DNA of 64,000 nt from an uncultured virus (IMG/VR IMGVR_UViG_3300042569_002050). Taxonomy: Duplodnaviria; Heunggongvirae; Uroviricota; Caudoviricetes. Where the stretch lies: positions 62,001-126,000 of the IMG/VR virus record IMGVR_UViG_3300042569_002050; one strand, 5' to 3'. The first letter of the stretch is position 1, and every line of letters begins with the position of its first letter. The translations under genes were made by a program, and so were the position numbers. Positions 1 to 9,722 of this stretch are shown in pieces. The notes under the pieces were generated by a model. That model was not told the origin of the DNA and searched no databases. It saw nothing but the letters and a program-made list of their open reading frames with translations.

Positions 1-336
1 TGGAGAGGACAGATTAAAAAAAACCATCCAATTACAATTGTTGGTGATGGTAAACAGAAAAGAGATTTTACTCATGTAGATGATATAGTAGAAGGTCTTT
101 ATAAAATAGGTTTAACATACCATAAACAAAATGATGCTTGGGAATTAGGAACAGGTAAAAACTATTCTATAAACGAAGTAGCAGATATGTTTATTAAAAG
201 ATTTAACTGTGTAAAAGTATACATGTCAGATCAAAAAGGAAACTACAGAGAAACTTTACGTGAAAACGATTCCGCATTAGAAAAACTAGTATGGGAACCA
301 AAAGATAGATTACAAGAATATATAAATTCACTTTAA
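1..336 (+). CDS. NAD-dependent epimerase/dehydratase, C-terminal part (5'-truncated by window)
   Basis: Frame 1 reads ...PITIVGDGKQKRDFTHVDDIVEG...WELGTGKNYSINEVADM...; GDGxQxRDFxHVxD is the extended-SDR sugar epimerase motif. Not in the ORF track. Confidence 0.85.
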   Translation, partial: WRGQIKKNHPITIVGDGKQKRDFTHVDDIVEGLYKIGLTYHKQNDAWELGTGKNYSINEVADMFIKRFNCVKVYMSDQKGNYRETLRENDSALEKLVWEPKDRLQEYINSL

Positions 337-457
337 ACATGCATGAAATAATCCACGTATTAGGGTTTTGCGGAGATAAACATCCAAGCATTATGTTCAT
401 TATTTTGGAATGGCATAATTTTAGTCCTATATTCAATTATATAAAAACAATATTTAA

Positions 458-1288
458 ATGAGCAAAATTGATCCAAATAAACTACTAATCAGTAGTGATT
501 TTTACAGTGTGCAGGGTGAAGGTATTTCATCTGGTGTCCCTTCGTACTTCGTACGTTTTGGTGTTTGTAATCTTACCTGTGGTATGAGTAGAATGTTTAC
601 CAACAAGTTAATGAAAGAACAAACATTAGAAGATGGAGAAATATTCGTTGGTGACCTTCATGCTGAAGGTAAAGCAACTTGGACTTGTGATTCTACAAGC
701 CAGTGGTTGTGGAGAGGTGAAGATAAAGATTTCCAATATCTAATCGATCGATGGAAAGAACAGGACATTTATGATGATATCAAAGATGGTAACATTCATA
801 TTATTTGGACTGGAGGTGAACCTACAATTAAAGGACATCAAGAAGCCATTTGTAATTTTCTATATTACTGGTATAAATTAGATACTTCAGTTACTCCATA
901 TAGTGAGATTGAAACAAATGGTACAATCTATATTGGAGACGAATTATTCAATCAACTAGACCAAATTAACTGTTCTCCTAAGCTAGCCAATTCAGGTATG
1001 ACTGAAAAGCAACGTATTGTTCCTGCTGCTATTGAGCGTATTATGGAACATAAGAACTATCAATTTAAGTTCGTTATCAGCACAGAAGAAGATGTACAAG
1101 AATTATTCCGTGACTTTGTAGTACCATTTAATATTCCACTTAAAAACGTTGTTTGTATGCCTGGTTTAGACGATGCTGCTGAATTTGAAGAACGTACTCA
1201 ATTCTGTCTTGAAATGGCTAAAAAATATCGTTTCCGTGGTTTAACAAGATTGCATATTGCTGCTTGGAATAAAACACTAAATGTATAA
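458..1288 (+). CDS. queE: 7-carboxy-7-deazaguanine synthase-like radical SAM protein
   Basis: FYSVQGEG, FVRFGVCNLTC, WTGGEP, EIETNGT, CSPKL, FKFV and RLH motifs; next to folE. Confidence 0.88.
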   Translation: MSKIDPNKLLISSDFYSVQGEGISSGVPSYFVRFGVCNLTCGMSRMFTNKLMKEQTLEDGEIFVGDLHAEGKATWTCDSTSQWLWRGEDKDFQYLIDRWKEQDIYDDIKDGNIHIIWTGGEPTIKGHQEAICNFLYYWYKLDTSVTPYSEIETNGTIYIGDELFNQLDQINCSPKLANSGMTEKQRIVPAAIERIMEHKNYQFKFVISTEEDVQELFRDFVVPFNIPLKNVVCMPGLDDAAEFEERTQFCLEMAKKYRFRGLTRLHIAAWNKTLNV

Positions 1289-1289
1289 T

Positions 1290-1385
1290 ATGGAAGAGTT
1301 AATTATCTGGGGTTATGTTGTTATAGCTATACTATCAGCATTTGGTGCTGTAAATATGATTAGACAAATTAATAAACTAAAATAA
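1290..1385 (+). CDS. small single-pass membrane protein (31 aa)
   Basis: MEELIIWGYVVIAILSAFGAVNMIRQINKLK fills the gap between flanking ORFs with 1-nt spacers. Confidence 0.5.
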   Translation: MEELIIWGYVVIAILSAFGAVNMIRQINKLK

Positions 1386-1386
1386 T

Positions 1387-1623
1387 ATGGAAAAAGATCA
1401 TTGCATGATTTGTAAGGTAGAGACCGCTTACGATAAAAATACTCATATTGATATGAGAATGGGTTATATTGAAGGGTTTGGGCAATTATGTCCTAGTTGT
1501 TATGATAGAGGTAGTGTTCATAAATCCATATTAGTACCTGAATATATTATTAATGGTACTCCAAATAATAATGAGTTAGGAGCAAAAGTAAGACAATTAT
1601 ATTGGGATGTCAAATCTCTTTAA
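1387..1623 (+). CDS. small Cys-containing hypothetical protein
   Basis: CxxC...CxxC (CMIC/CPSC); in operon. Confidence 0.6.
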   Translation: MEKDHCMICKVETAYDKNTHIDMRMGYIEGFGQLCPSCYDRGSVHKSILVPEYIINGTPNNNELGAKVRQLYWDVKSL

Positions 1624-1648
1624 TTATATTCAAAATAAAAATAAAAAT

Positions 1649-2281
1649 ATGAAGTTATTAGAAAAATCAAATGGTAATCTAGCTCGCACACCAGAAGAAA
1701 TTGAGCAAATGATCGAAAATGCTTCTGAAGCATATGCCCAGTTCCTTACAGCAGTTGGGTTTGATTATAAGGCTGATCGTCAAACAGTAGATACACCTCG
1801 TCGTGTTGCTAAAGCATGGTTAAAGGATTTGATTGTAGGTTCTGTTACTGATGAACCAAACATTACAGTATTCCCTAATGATGAAGGATATGATGGATTA
1901 GTAATTCAATCAGGTATTCCTATTGTTAGTATGTGTGCTCACCATAATTTAGCATTTACAGGTTATGCTACAGTAGCTTATGTACCTGCTGAAAACGTTA
2001 TTGGTTTAAGTAAATTAAATCGTATTGTTGAATGGTTTGGACGTAGACCACAAATGCAAGAGTCATTAACAACACAAATCCATGATTATGTTGCTGATAA
2101 GATGGAATGTGGGTCAGTAGCAGTTAGTATTGCTTGTAAACACACTTGTTGTTCACATAGAGGTATCAAACATGGTTCTGTAATGACTACAAATAAATTT
2201 AGTGGTGTGTTTATGGAAAAAGATAATTTAATTAGAGAAGAATTCTTACACGCAATTGAAGTAAATGGAGCAAAATTCTAA
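1649..2281 (+). CDS. folE: GTP cyclohydrolase I
   Basis: TPRRVAK, SMCAHH, GLSKLNRIV, RPQMQE, HTCCSHRG. Start moved to ATG 1649 after the A-rich leader. Confidence 0.92.
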   Translation: MKLLEKSNGNLARTPEEIEQMIENASEAYAQFLTAVGFDYKADRQTVDTPRRVAKAWLKDLIVGSVTDEPNITVFPNDEGYDGLVIQSGIPIVSMCAHHNLAFTGYATVAYVPAENVIGLSKLNRIVEWFGRRPQMQESLTTQIHDYVADKMECGSVAVSIACKHTCCSHRGIKHGSVMTTNKFSGVFMEKDNLIREEFLHAIEVNGAKF

Positions 2282-2678
2282 TAAAAGATTTATTACCTGG
2301 GAATATATTGATGCTGCTATAGAAAATATAGCAGCTCAAATATTGTCCAGTGATCATCAGATTGAACATGTTTATGGTATGCCTAGGGGAGGATTAATCC
2401 CTACAGTAATGTTATCTCATAAACTAAGTATCCCTTTATTTACACCAGGGATGGTGATAAGTAGTACAACGTTGGTAGTAGATGATATTTGTGATTCTGG
2501 CACAACAATGTACAATTATTGGAAATATGGCATTCCATTCGCAACAATTCATACTAAACTAACAGCATCTGTTCAACCAACCTTCCATTATGAAGTAGTG
2601 GGAGATGATTGGATTGTATATCCATGGGAAAGAGCAGATTCAAAACCAATTCAAGATTATGCAGCCAAAGGAAAGTAA
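2265..2678 (+). CDS. purine phosphoribosyltransferase (Gpt-like)
   Basis: PRGGLIP, LVVDDICDSGTT (PRPP-binding loop), WIVYPWE. Confidence 0.85.
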   Translation: MEQNSNKRFITWEYIDAAIENIAAQILSSDHQIEHVYGMPRGGLIPTVMLSHKLSIPLFTPGMVISSTTLVVDDICDSGTTMYNYWKYGIPFATIHTKLTASVQPTFHYEVVGDDWIVYPWERADSKPIQDYAAKGK

Positions 2679-2830
2679 AACAAACACACACTTTATTCTT
2701 AGTATGATTAAAAGTGTTATTAGATTAGGAGCTTGTGTTCTTTTAGGATACAGTTTCATCCAACAAGCAGCTTTTGCTTTTGCATTTGCTGAAATGTTAG
2801 GTATTATTGAAGAATTATAAAATATAAATT

Positions 2831-3358
2831 ATGTTAAACGCAGAACAAATCCTTGAACAAGGACTACTTAAGTTAGAAAACACTAAAGGTAAACCTGCTC
2901 AAGTAGGTTATGATTTATCACTTAAAGCAGTACAGAAAATCGGTAATAGAATTGGTGGTAATTTTATGGTGGATGGTAAAATTGGTAAAGTACTAAAAGA
3001 CAAAACTGAATTAACTACATACACACCAATAGAATCTATCAAATTAGATGGCGCTGAAGGTTGGTTATTATATGAAGGTGTATACGATATTACATTTAAT
3101 GAAGGTTGTAAAATACCAAACAACAGAGTAGCATTCATTAAACAACGATCATCATTATATCGTAATGGAGCAATTATTAATAGCCCTGTATTTGATCCAG
3201 GATTTGAAACTGAAAACATGGGTACTATATTGTATGTTCATGAAACCATATTCATTGAAAAAGATGCTCGTGTAGCACAAATTTATTTCCACAAATGTGA
3301 CTCTGCTGAAGAATATAATGGGCAGTGGCAAGGTGATAAGCAAAGAAATTCATTATAA
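2831..3358 (+). CDS. trimeric dUTPase/dCTP deaminase family protein
   Basis: GYDLSL, RSSLYRNG, FDPGF, RVAQIYF, YNGQWQG. Confidence 0.85.
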   Translation: MLNAEQILEQGLLKLENTKGKPAQVGYDLSLKAVQKIGNRIGGNFMVDGKIGKVLKDKTELTTYTPIESIKLDGAEGWLLYEGVYDITFNEGCKIPNNRVAFIKQRSSLYRNGAIINSPVFDPGFETENMGTILYVHETIFIEKDARVAQIYFHKCDSAEEYNGQWQGDKQRNSL

Positions 3359-3363
3359 GTAAT

Positions 3364-3383
3364 TGGGGGTGTCAAAACCCCCA
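3364..3383 (+). terminator. hairpin overlapping a promoter-like motif upstream of polB
   Basis: TGGGGGT-GTCAAA-ACCCCCA stem. The same bases read TTGG...GTCA...TACATTTA, the early promoter pattern. Confidence 0.5.
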
Positions 3384-3398
3384 TCTTACATTTAAGTT

Positions 3399-5972
3399 AT
3401 GTATCAAGCAATTTATTACGATAGGTCAACCTACACATTTCACTTACGTGATGATAAAAAGGGGTGGAGTGAATTTAAGTACACTCGCCCCCGTTTTATT
3501 ATTGACCCAAATGGTCAATTTCCTACTTTAGATGGTAAACGAGCCAATCCAATTACTAAATATGAGTGGAAAGATAATTCATTATATGAATCTGATTTAG
3601 ATGCTAATACAGCAGTATTAATTGATAAATACAGAGATAGTGATGATGCTCCTGAATGGCAAAACATAGTTTATTTTGATATTGAGTGTGAGATCGCAGG
3701 TGCATTAACACCTGATCTTATTAAACGTGCTCCAACTAAAATTACCTCTATTGCTGTTTATGATAATACTACTAAAAAGTATTACTGTTTAATCTTAGAT
3801 GAGAAGAAGCAACTCCAAACTATTAATGAAGAAAATAGAGCTGTTATTCCATTCTCCCATGAGCATGATTTATTACATGCCTTCCTTAATTTATGGGAGC
3901 AATTAGATCCAACTATTATTACTGGTTGGAATAGTGAATATTTTGACGTTCCGTTCTTATATTACAGAATAGAAAATCAATTAGGTACTAATGAAGCAAA
4001 TCGTTTATCTCCACTTAAGAAGGTTAAATTTGGACAATATGTGAATGATTCCCCTGTAGAATTAGCAGGTGTTAATCATTTAGATTATATGTTATTATTT
4101 AAAAAATATAATGCTAAACAAGAACCATCTTACAGATTAGGTGATATTGGAGAAAAGTATGCTAAGTTATCTAAAATAGAATATGAAGGTAATCTTGATA
4201 GATTATTTGCTGAGGATATAAATAAGTTTATTGAGTACAATATTCGTGACGTTGAGATTCTAATTGAATTAGAAAAGAAATTTAAATTTATTGAATTAAC
4301 AATTGCTATTTGCCATTTGTGTCATGTGCCTTACGAACAAATTTATCTATCTACAGCACTAAATGATGGAGCTATATTAACATATCTAAAACGTCAAGGT
4401 ATAGTTTCACCAAATAAACCAACTACCACTCGTCCTTCATTATATGATATTAAAGAAGAATATGCAGGTGGGTACCTAAAAGACCCAGTACCTGGGTTAT
4501 ATGAATGGGTTATTGATCTTGACTTTACATCGTTGTATCCGTCAATTATACGCTCGTTAAATATTGGTATTGAAACATACGTTGGCCGAATAGTTAATAA
4601 TGATAAATACGACAATCAATGGACATTGGGTGATTTAAAACGAATGAATCCTGAACAATTGATTACTATTGAGCGATTAAAAGATGATAAGACAACTAAT
4701 CAATCTCAAGCTACAGTAGGTCAAATCATTAAATTTATTGAAGATGGAGATATATTAGTTGCAGCATCAGGTGCTATGTTCAGAACAGATCGCTCATCAG
4801 TTGTATGTGATGTATTAACTGATTGGTTTAATAAACGTGTTGAATATAAGAACCTGATGAAAACAGCATACAAAGCAGGTGATGCTGTAAAAGGGGAATT
4901 TTATAATAGACGCCAACATGCTTACAAAATTAAATTGAATGACGTTTATGGTTGTTATGCTATCAATGGTTGGAGATATACCGATGGTCATAAATTAATA
5001 TCTAAAGCAATTACATTAACTGGCCAGCGTGTAACACAAGAATCAATTAAGTTTGTAAATAAATGGATGAATAATGAATTAGGCACTACAGATAAAGATT
5101 ATGTAGTTACTTCTGATACCGATTCATTGTTTATTGAGTGTAAGGACTTAGTATTGCAACGTTATCCTGAAACCAAAACAAAGGACGAATATATTAAAGC
5201 AGTATTAGAGATTGCTACCGAAATACAAAAAGCAGCAAATGATAATATTGATAAAGTAACTAGAGAATATTTCAATGTTAAAGAACGTCCACATTACTTT
5301 GAATTAAAACAGGAAGTGATTATTGAAAGAGGTTATTTTGCAGGCAAACGTCGTTATGCAATGTATATTGTAAATAAGGAAGGTGTTACTGTTGATGAAT
5401 TAGATATGAAAGGTCTTGATTTGATGAAATCAAATATGACTCCAATGTATTCTAAATTTGGTGAAAAACTAATTCAAGACATTATGTTTGGTAAACCTAA
5501 AGCAGAAATCGACCAACAAATAATTGACTTTAAGAAACACGTTAAAACAATCCCTATTGCTGAACTAGCTAAACCTACAGGAGTAAAACAAGTATCATCA
5601 TATATTGATCGCAAACCAGGTGTTGGTGAAATATTTAGTACATTAAAGTTAAAATGTCCCATCAATACTAAAGCAGCAATATGGTACAATGATTTATTGC
5701 GATTCAAGAAACTAGATAAGCAATATCCATGTTTTACTGAAGGTGATAAAATGAAATATATCCAATTAAAGGATAACCCATATAGAATTGATGTAATTGG
5801 TTTCACAGGTAAAGACCCTGATTTTATTGAGCAGTTTATTGATCAGTATGCCGACAGAGATGAAGGATTTGAAGCAACATTGATGAATAAACTAGTGGGT
5901 ATTTATGAGGATTTAGGTTGGGACTTTCCATCAATGCATGAGAAAGCAAGCAAGTTCTTTAAATTTGGATAG
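3399..5972 (+). CDS. polB: family B DNA polymerase with 3'-5' exonuclease
   Basis: FDIEC (ExoI), GWNSEYFD (ExoII), YNIRDV (ExoIII), DFTSLYPSII, KIKLNDVYG, SDTDS, KRRYA. Confidence 0.96.
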   Translation: MYQAIYYDRSTYTFHLRDDKKGWSEFKYTRPRFIIDPNGQFPTLDGKRANPITKYEWKDNSLYESDLDANTAVLIDKYRDSDDAPEWQNIVYFDIECEIAGALTPDLIKRAPTKITSIAVYDNTTKKYYCLILDEKKQLQTINEENRAVIPFSHEHDLLHAFLNLWEQLDPTIITGWNSEYFDVPFLYYRIENQLGTNEANRLSPLKKVKFGQYVNDSPVELAGVNHLDYMLLFKKYNAKQEPSYRLGDIGEKYAKLSKIEYEGNLDRLFAEDINKFIEYNIRDVEILIELEKKFKFIELTIAICHLCHVPYEQIYLSTALNDGAILTYLKRQGIVSPNKPTTTRPSLYDIKEEYAGGYLKDPVPGLYEWVIDLDFTSLYPSIIRSLNIGIETYVGRIVNNDKYDNQWTLGDLKRMNPEQLITIERLKDDKTTNQSQATVGQIIKFIEDGDILVAASGAMFRTDRSSVVCDVLTDWFNKRVEYKNLMKTAYKAGDAVKGEFYNRRQHAYKIKLNDVYGCYAINGWRYTDGHKLISKAITLTGQRVTQESIKFVNKWMNNELGTTDKDYVVTSDTDSLFIECKDLVLQRYPETKTKDEYIKAVLEIATEIQKAANDNIDKVTREYFNVKERPHYFELKQEVIIERGYFAGKRRYAMYIVNKEGVTVDELDMKGLDLMKSNMTPMYSKFGEKLIQDIMFGKPKAEIDQQIIDFKKHVKTIPIAELAKPTGVKQVSSYIDRKPGVGEIFSTLKLKCPINTKAAIWYNDLLRFKKLDKQYPCFTEGDKMKYIQLKDNPYRIDVIGFTGKDPDFIEQFIDQYADRDEGFEATLMNKLVGIYEDLGWDFPSMHEKASKFFKFG

Positions 5973-5999
5973 TCCAAATACTAATCATATATTCACGTT

Positions 6000-6338
6000 A
6001 TGCAATTATTAAAAGGTTTTATATTTGGTCTATTTGCTCAAGTACTTACATTCCTCCAATTACAAGGACAAATGAAGATAGAATGGTTTAAAAACAATAC
6101 ATTCTTAGTAGCATGTATGGGAATACCAATATCATTGTTATTTATGTATTCTGTACGTAACTTTGTAGGAGCATATGATGGTGCTATATGGCCATCTCGT
6201 TTGATCGGGTTTGGTATTGGTGTAGTAGTATTTACTGCTATGTCATATTATATGTTTGATGAACCTCTAACTCCTAAAACACTTACTTGTTTGGGCCTAG
6301 GAATCTGCATAATTTTAATTCAAATACTTTGGAAATAA
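6000..6338 (+). CDS. 4-TM small membrane protein, DMT/SMR-like
   Basis: Four hydrophobic helices; C-terminal ...FDEPLTPKTLTCLGL pattern typical of DMT halves. Confidence 0.5.
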   Translation: MQLLKGFIFGLFAQVLTFLQLQGQMKIEWFKNNTFLVACMGIPISLLFMYSVRNFVGAYDGAIWPSRLIGFGIGVVVFTAMSYYMFDEPLTPKTLTCLGLGICIILIQILWK

Positions 6339-6339
6339 T

Positions 6340-7062
6340 ATGGAAAAACAATCATTCGTTTCGTTAATCGATAAGTACTACCTAAATGGGGTAGGTGAGA
6401 AAGTAAGGTGGAGTGTTAAAGATGGTGTAGCTACTATCAAAACATTCTCTGCTACTAAAGACATGGTAGGAGTAGTAACAGGCGCTGTTGAATTAGTCGA
6501 TAGTGAGTTTGTTATATTTGACACAAGTAAATTTCTAAAGCTTGTTGGTATATGTAACCAATTCCTTACTACGGATATACAATTTCAAGGCAATATCGCC
6601 ACTAAATTACTAGTAGCCGATAATGAATACAACTTAGAGTATGCGCTTGCTAATTTGATGTTAGCACCACAAGTAAACTTTACAGTTGAGGAATTTGAAA
6701 GTGATTATTCATTTAGCATTACAAATGAATTTATTGGTAAATGGATTAAAGCTAAAAAAGCATTAGGTAGTGAATTTTGTACTATTGGTTTAACAACTAA
6801 AGACACAGGTAATGTGATTAATTTTACTTTAGGTGAGCCCGAAGGTCATTCAAATAAAATTGAATTTGAGGAAGTGCCATTAGAATCAAAACATACTATC
6901 CATACACCATTGCAATTCAATGCCGAATATTTAAAATCAATATTTGATGCTAATTATGGAGCAGCAGGTACTATGTGGATAAGCAATGAGGGTGCAATGA
7001 AATTGGATTTTGCAAGTGAAGATGGACAGAAATCCTCTTATATAATTTTAGCAAAAATCTAA
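6340..7062 (+). CDS. DNA polymerase sliding clamp (gp45/PCNA-like)
   Basis: 240 aa, beta-rich; FNAEYLK and ISNEGAMKLDF...YII C-terminus; between polB and clamp loader. Confidence 0.7.
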   Translation: MEKQSFVSLIDKYYLNGVGEKVRWSVKDGVATIKTFSATKDMVGVVTGAVELVDSEFVIFDTSKFLKLVGICNQFLTTDIQFQGNIATKLLVADNEYNLEYALANLMLAPQVNFTVEEFESDYSFSITNEFIGKWIKAKKALGSEFCTIGLTTKDTGNVINFTLGEPEGHSNKIEFEEVPLESKHTIHTPLQFNAEYLKSIFDANYGAAGTMWISNEGAMKLDFASEDGQKSSYIILAKI

Positions 7063-7081
7063 AAACACTATATTTATATTT

Positions 7082-7768
7082 AAGATACTTGACAGGTCTT
7101 ATTTATTTATCAACCGCTTACCTTAGGGAAGCACAAACGTTTAAAAAATGACAAAAACAAACTTTGGGGATGTCCCTGTTACCTTGCAAGGAACAACAAC
7201 ATCCGCCGTAATTAACACAACAGGAGGAAATTCAAGCCTTACATTTGGTTATTCACCAGCTATTGGTACCACTACACTTTTCAATAGTGGTAACTCATTA
7301 ATTCAACCAACATACGATGACTTTTGGAACTTCAATGAGGAGTTTGATTTGCTGTGGAAGTCTTTCTTCGATAGCAATGCAGGTTATCGTCCTATTAAGG
7401 AAAAAGTAGCAAGTATTCCTTGCGATATTCAAGAAACAGAAAATGGATTGCTGATAGAAATTGCAGCAGTAGGTCTAGATAAAGAAGATCTGGACATAAT
7501 TGTGGATTCAGAAACACTACGTGTGGCTTATCGTAAATCAGATAAGGAAGAAGAAGCAGAAAAGAACGAGTATAGATACTTGTTAAGAACAATTAAAAAA
7601 GCAAGTTTTGATATTGGGATTAAAATCTCAAGTAAGTATGACTTACAGAAAATGGATGCTAAACTAGAAAAAGGATTGTTAATTTTGGAAATTCCATTTG
7701 CAAAAGAAAACAAACCTAAGAAAGTAACCATCAAATAGTTTTGAAAACCGAAGACCTGTCAGTATCTT
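7082..7768. repeat. 18/19-bp inverted repeat pair flanking hsp20
   Basis: AAGATACTTGACAGGTCTT (7082-7100) is the reverse complement of AAGACCTGTCAGTATCTT (7751-7768) except for one extra T. Confidence 0.85.
7148..7738 (+). CDS. small heat-shock protein (Hsp20/alpha-crystallin)
   Basis: DIQETENGLLIEIAAVGLDKEDLDI, AKLEKGLLILEIP, C-terminal V-x-I. Confidence 0.9.
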   Translation: MTKTNFGDVPVTLQGTTTSAVINTTGGNSSLTFGYSPAIGTTTLFNSGNSLIQPTYDDFWNFNEEFDLLWKSFFDSNAGYRPIKEKVASIPCDIQETENGLLIEIAAVGLDKEDLDIIVDSETLRVAYRKSDKEEEAEKNEYRYLLRTIKKASFDIGIKISSKYDLQKMDAKLEKGLLILEIPFAKENKPKKVTIK

Positions 7769-7793
7769 CATTTTACATACAAAAATAATAATA

Positions 7794-8084
7794 ATGAAAA
7801 TAAATGCGTTGCATAATCACGTTGTGATTAAACAAGATGAAAATCAAGAACAAAAGTATGGTAACATTGTTGTTGCCGATCTAGGTAAAGAAAAACCACT
7901 ACAAGGTGAAATTGTAGAAATTGGTCCTGGTAGATATACAGAAACAGGGGCTTTTGTTCCAACAACACTTAAAGTAGGGGACGTTGTGGTATTTCCTTCA
8001 TTTGGGGGTACTAAAATTACTGTTGATGATGTAGAATACATTATTATGAAGGAATCAGATTTGTTAATTGTATTAGAAAAATAA
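7794..8084 (+). CDS. groES: co-chaperonin GroES
   Basis: KEKPLQGEIVEIGPG, LKVGDVVVF, IMKESDLL. Confidence 0.95.
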   Translation: MKINALHNHVVIKQDENQEQKYGNIVVADLGKEKPLQGEIVEIGPGRYTETGAFVPTTLKVGDVVVFPSFGGTKITVDDVEYIIMKESDLLIVLEK

Positions 8085-8087
8085 ACT

Positions 8088-9713
8088 ATGAGTAAAATAA
8101 TCAGTTTCGAACGCGAAGCAAAAGAAAAACTACAGGAAGGTGTAGACAAGGTCTACAAAGCTGTAGCAACAACAATGGGTCCCTTCGGACGTAATGTATT
8201 AATTGAAAAAGAATATGGTCAAGTATCATCTACTAAAGATGGTGTTACTGTAGCTAAATCAATTACATTGGAAGACCCAATTGAAAACATGGCTGCAACT
8301 GTTATTAAACAAGCAGCATCAAAGACAGTTGATCAAGCAGGGGATGGAACAACTACATCTACTGTACTAGCTCATTCAATTGCAATTCAAGCATTACAAG
8401 CAACATCTTATGCTTCAACAAATGCCACTCAGGTAAAGCGTGGTATTGAACAGGCTGTTAAGAAAGTAGTTGCTGAATTGAAAGCAATGTCTGTGGATAT
8501 TACAGATGAAGCACAAATTAAACAAATTGCTACATTATCAGCTAATGGTGATGAAGAAATTGGTAATATTGTAGCTACAGCTATTGATAAAGTAGGTAGA
8601 GATGGAGTAGTAACTGTAGAGAAATCTCGTACAGGTGAGACAACATTGGAAGTTGTTGAAGGTTTGCAATTTGATAGAGGTTATAAATCACCTTACTTTG
8701 TAACCGATAACAATTCAATGCAAGTTACATTAAATGACCCTTATATTTTAATTTATGATAAGCGTATTAGTGCGGTTAAGGATTTACTTCCATTACTTGA
8801 ACGTGTTTCTACTGAAAGTAAATCTCTTTTAATTATTGCTGAAGACATTGATGGTGAAGCGTTAGCTACATTAGTAATGAATAAAGCAAGAGGTGTATTA
8901 CAAGTATGTGCTGTTAAAGCTCCTGAATTTGGAGATCGTAGAACAGCAATTTTGGAAGACATTGCTACATTAACTGGTGGACAAGTAGTTTCATCTGAAA
9001 AAGGTATGACTTTAGCTAAACTAGATATTAACTGGTTAGGTAAATCTAGAGTTGCTACTGTTGGTAAAGATACTACTACAATCGTTGATGGTAAAGGTAA
9101 TGTTGATAAAATTGAAGAGCGTATCTTGAATATTAAAGCTCAAATGGACAAACCAGATACTACACCTTATGAAATTGAAAAATATCAAGAGCGTTTAGGT
9201 AAAATGGTAGGTGGAGTTGCTATCATCAATGTTGGTGGTGGTAATGAAATTGAGATCGAAGAGAAAAAAGATCGTATTGATGATGCTTTACAAGCAACTA
9301 AAGCCGCTCTTGAAGAAGGTATCTTACCAGGTGCAGGTGTAGCATTACTAAATGCTAGAAAAACATTATTAGCTGATTTAGATAAAAAAGAAGACATAGC
9401 TAAAGGTGCTGAAATTGTATTTCAAGCTTGTGCGGCTCCATTTAAACAAATTCTAAAAAATGCTGGTGAAGATGCTACTGAATGGTGGATAAAAATTATA
9501 AATTCTGATTCATCATCTGTACCAGATTTAACAAATAATACAGTAGTAGACGCGTTTGAATTAGGTATCATTGATCCAACTAAGGTAGTACGTTGCGCCC
9601 TAGAAAATGCAGCATCAGCTGCTGTTACATTACTAATGACTGAATGTGTTGTTCATGAAAAACCTAATGAAAAGAAGGATGACATGGGTGGTATGGCAGG
9701 ATTTGGTATGTAA
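8088..9713 (+). CDS. groEL: chaperonin GroEL
   Basis: TMGPFGRNV, TKDGVTVAK, AGDGTTT, EGLQFDRGY, IIDPTKV, C-terminal GGM. Confidence 0.97.
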   Translation: MSKIISFEREAKEKLQEGVDKVYKAVATTMGPFGRNVLIEKEYGQVSSTKDGVTVAKSITLEDPIENMAATVIKQAASKTVDQAGDGTTTSTVLAHSIAIQALQATSYASTNATQVKRGIEQAVKKVVAELKAMSVDITDEAQIKQIATLSANGDEEIGNIVATAIDKVGRDGVVTVEKSRTGETTLEVVEGLQFDRGYKSPYFVTDNNSMQVTLNDPYILIYDKRISAVKDLLPLLERVSTESKSLLIIAEDIDGEALATLVMNKARGVLQVCAVKAPEFGDRRTAILEDIATLTGGQVVSSEKGMTLAKLDINWLGKSRVATVGKDTTTIVDGKGNVDKIEERILNIKAQMDKPDTTPYEIEKYQERLGKMVGGVAIINVGGGNEIEIEEKKDRIDDALQATKAALEEGILPGAGVALLNARKTLLADLDKKEDIAKGAEIVFQACAAPFKQILKNAGEDATEWWIKIINSDSSSVPDLTNNTVVDAFELGIIDPTKVVRCALENAASAAVTLLMTECVVHEKPNEKKDDMGGMAGFGM

Positions 9714-9722
9714 ATTTAATAC

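Noticed and set aside
7082..7132. CIRCE/HrcA operator upstream of the chaperone genes
   Set aside because: No TTAGCACTC-N9-GAGTGCTAA match.
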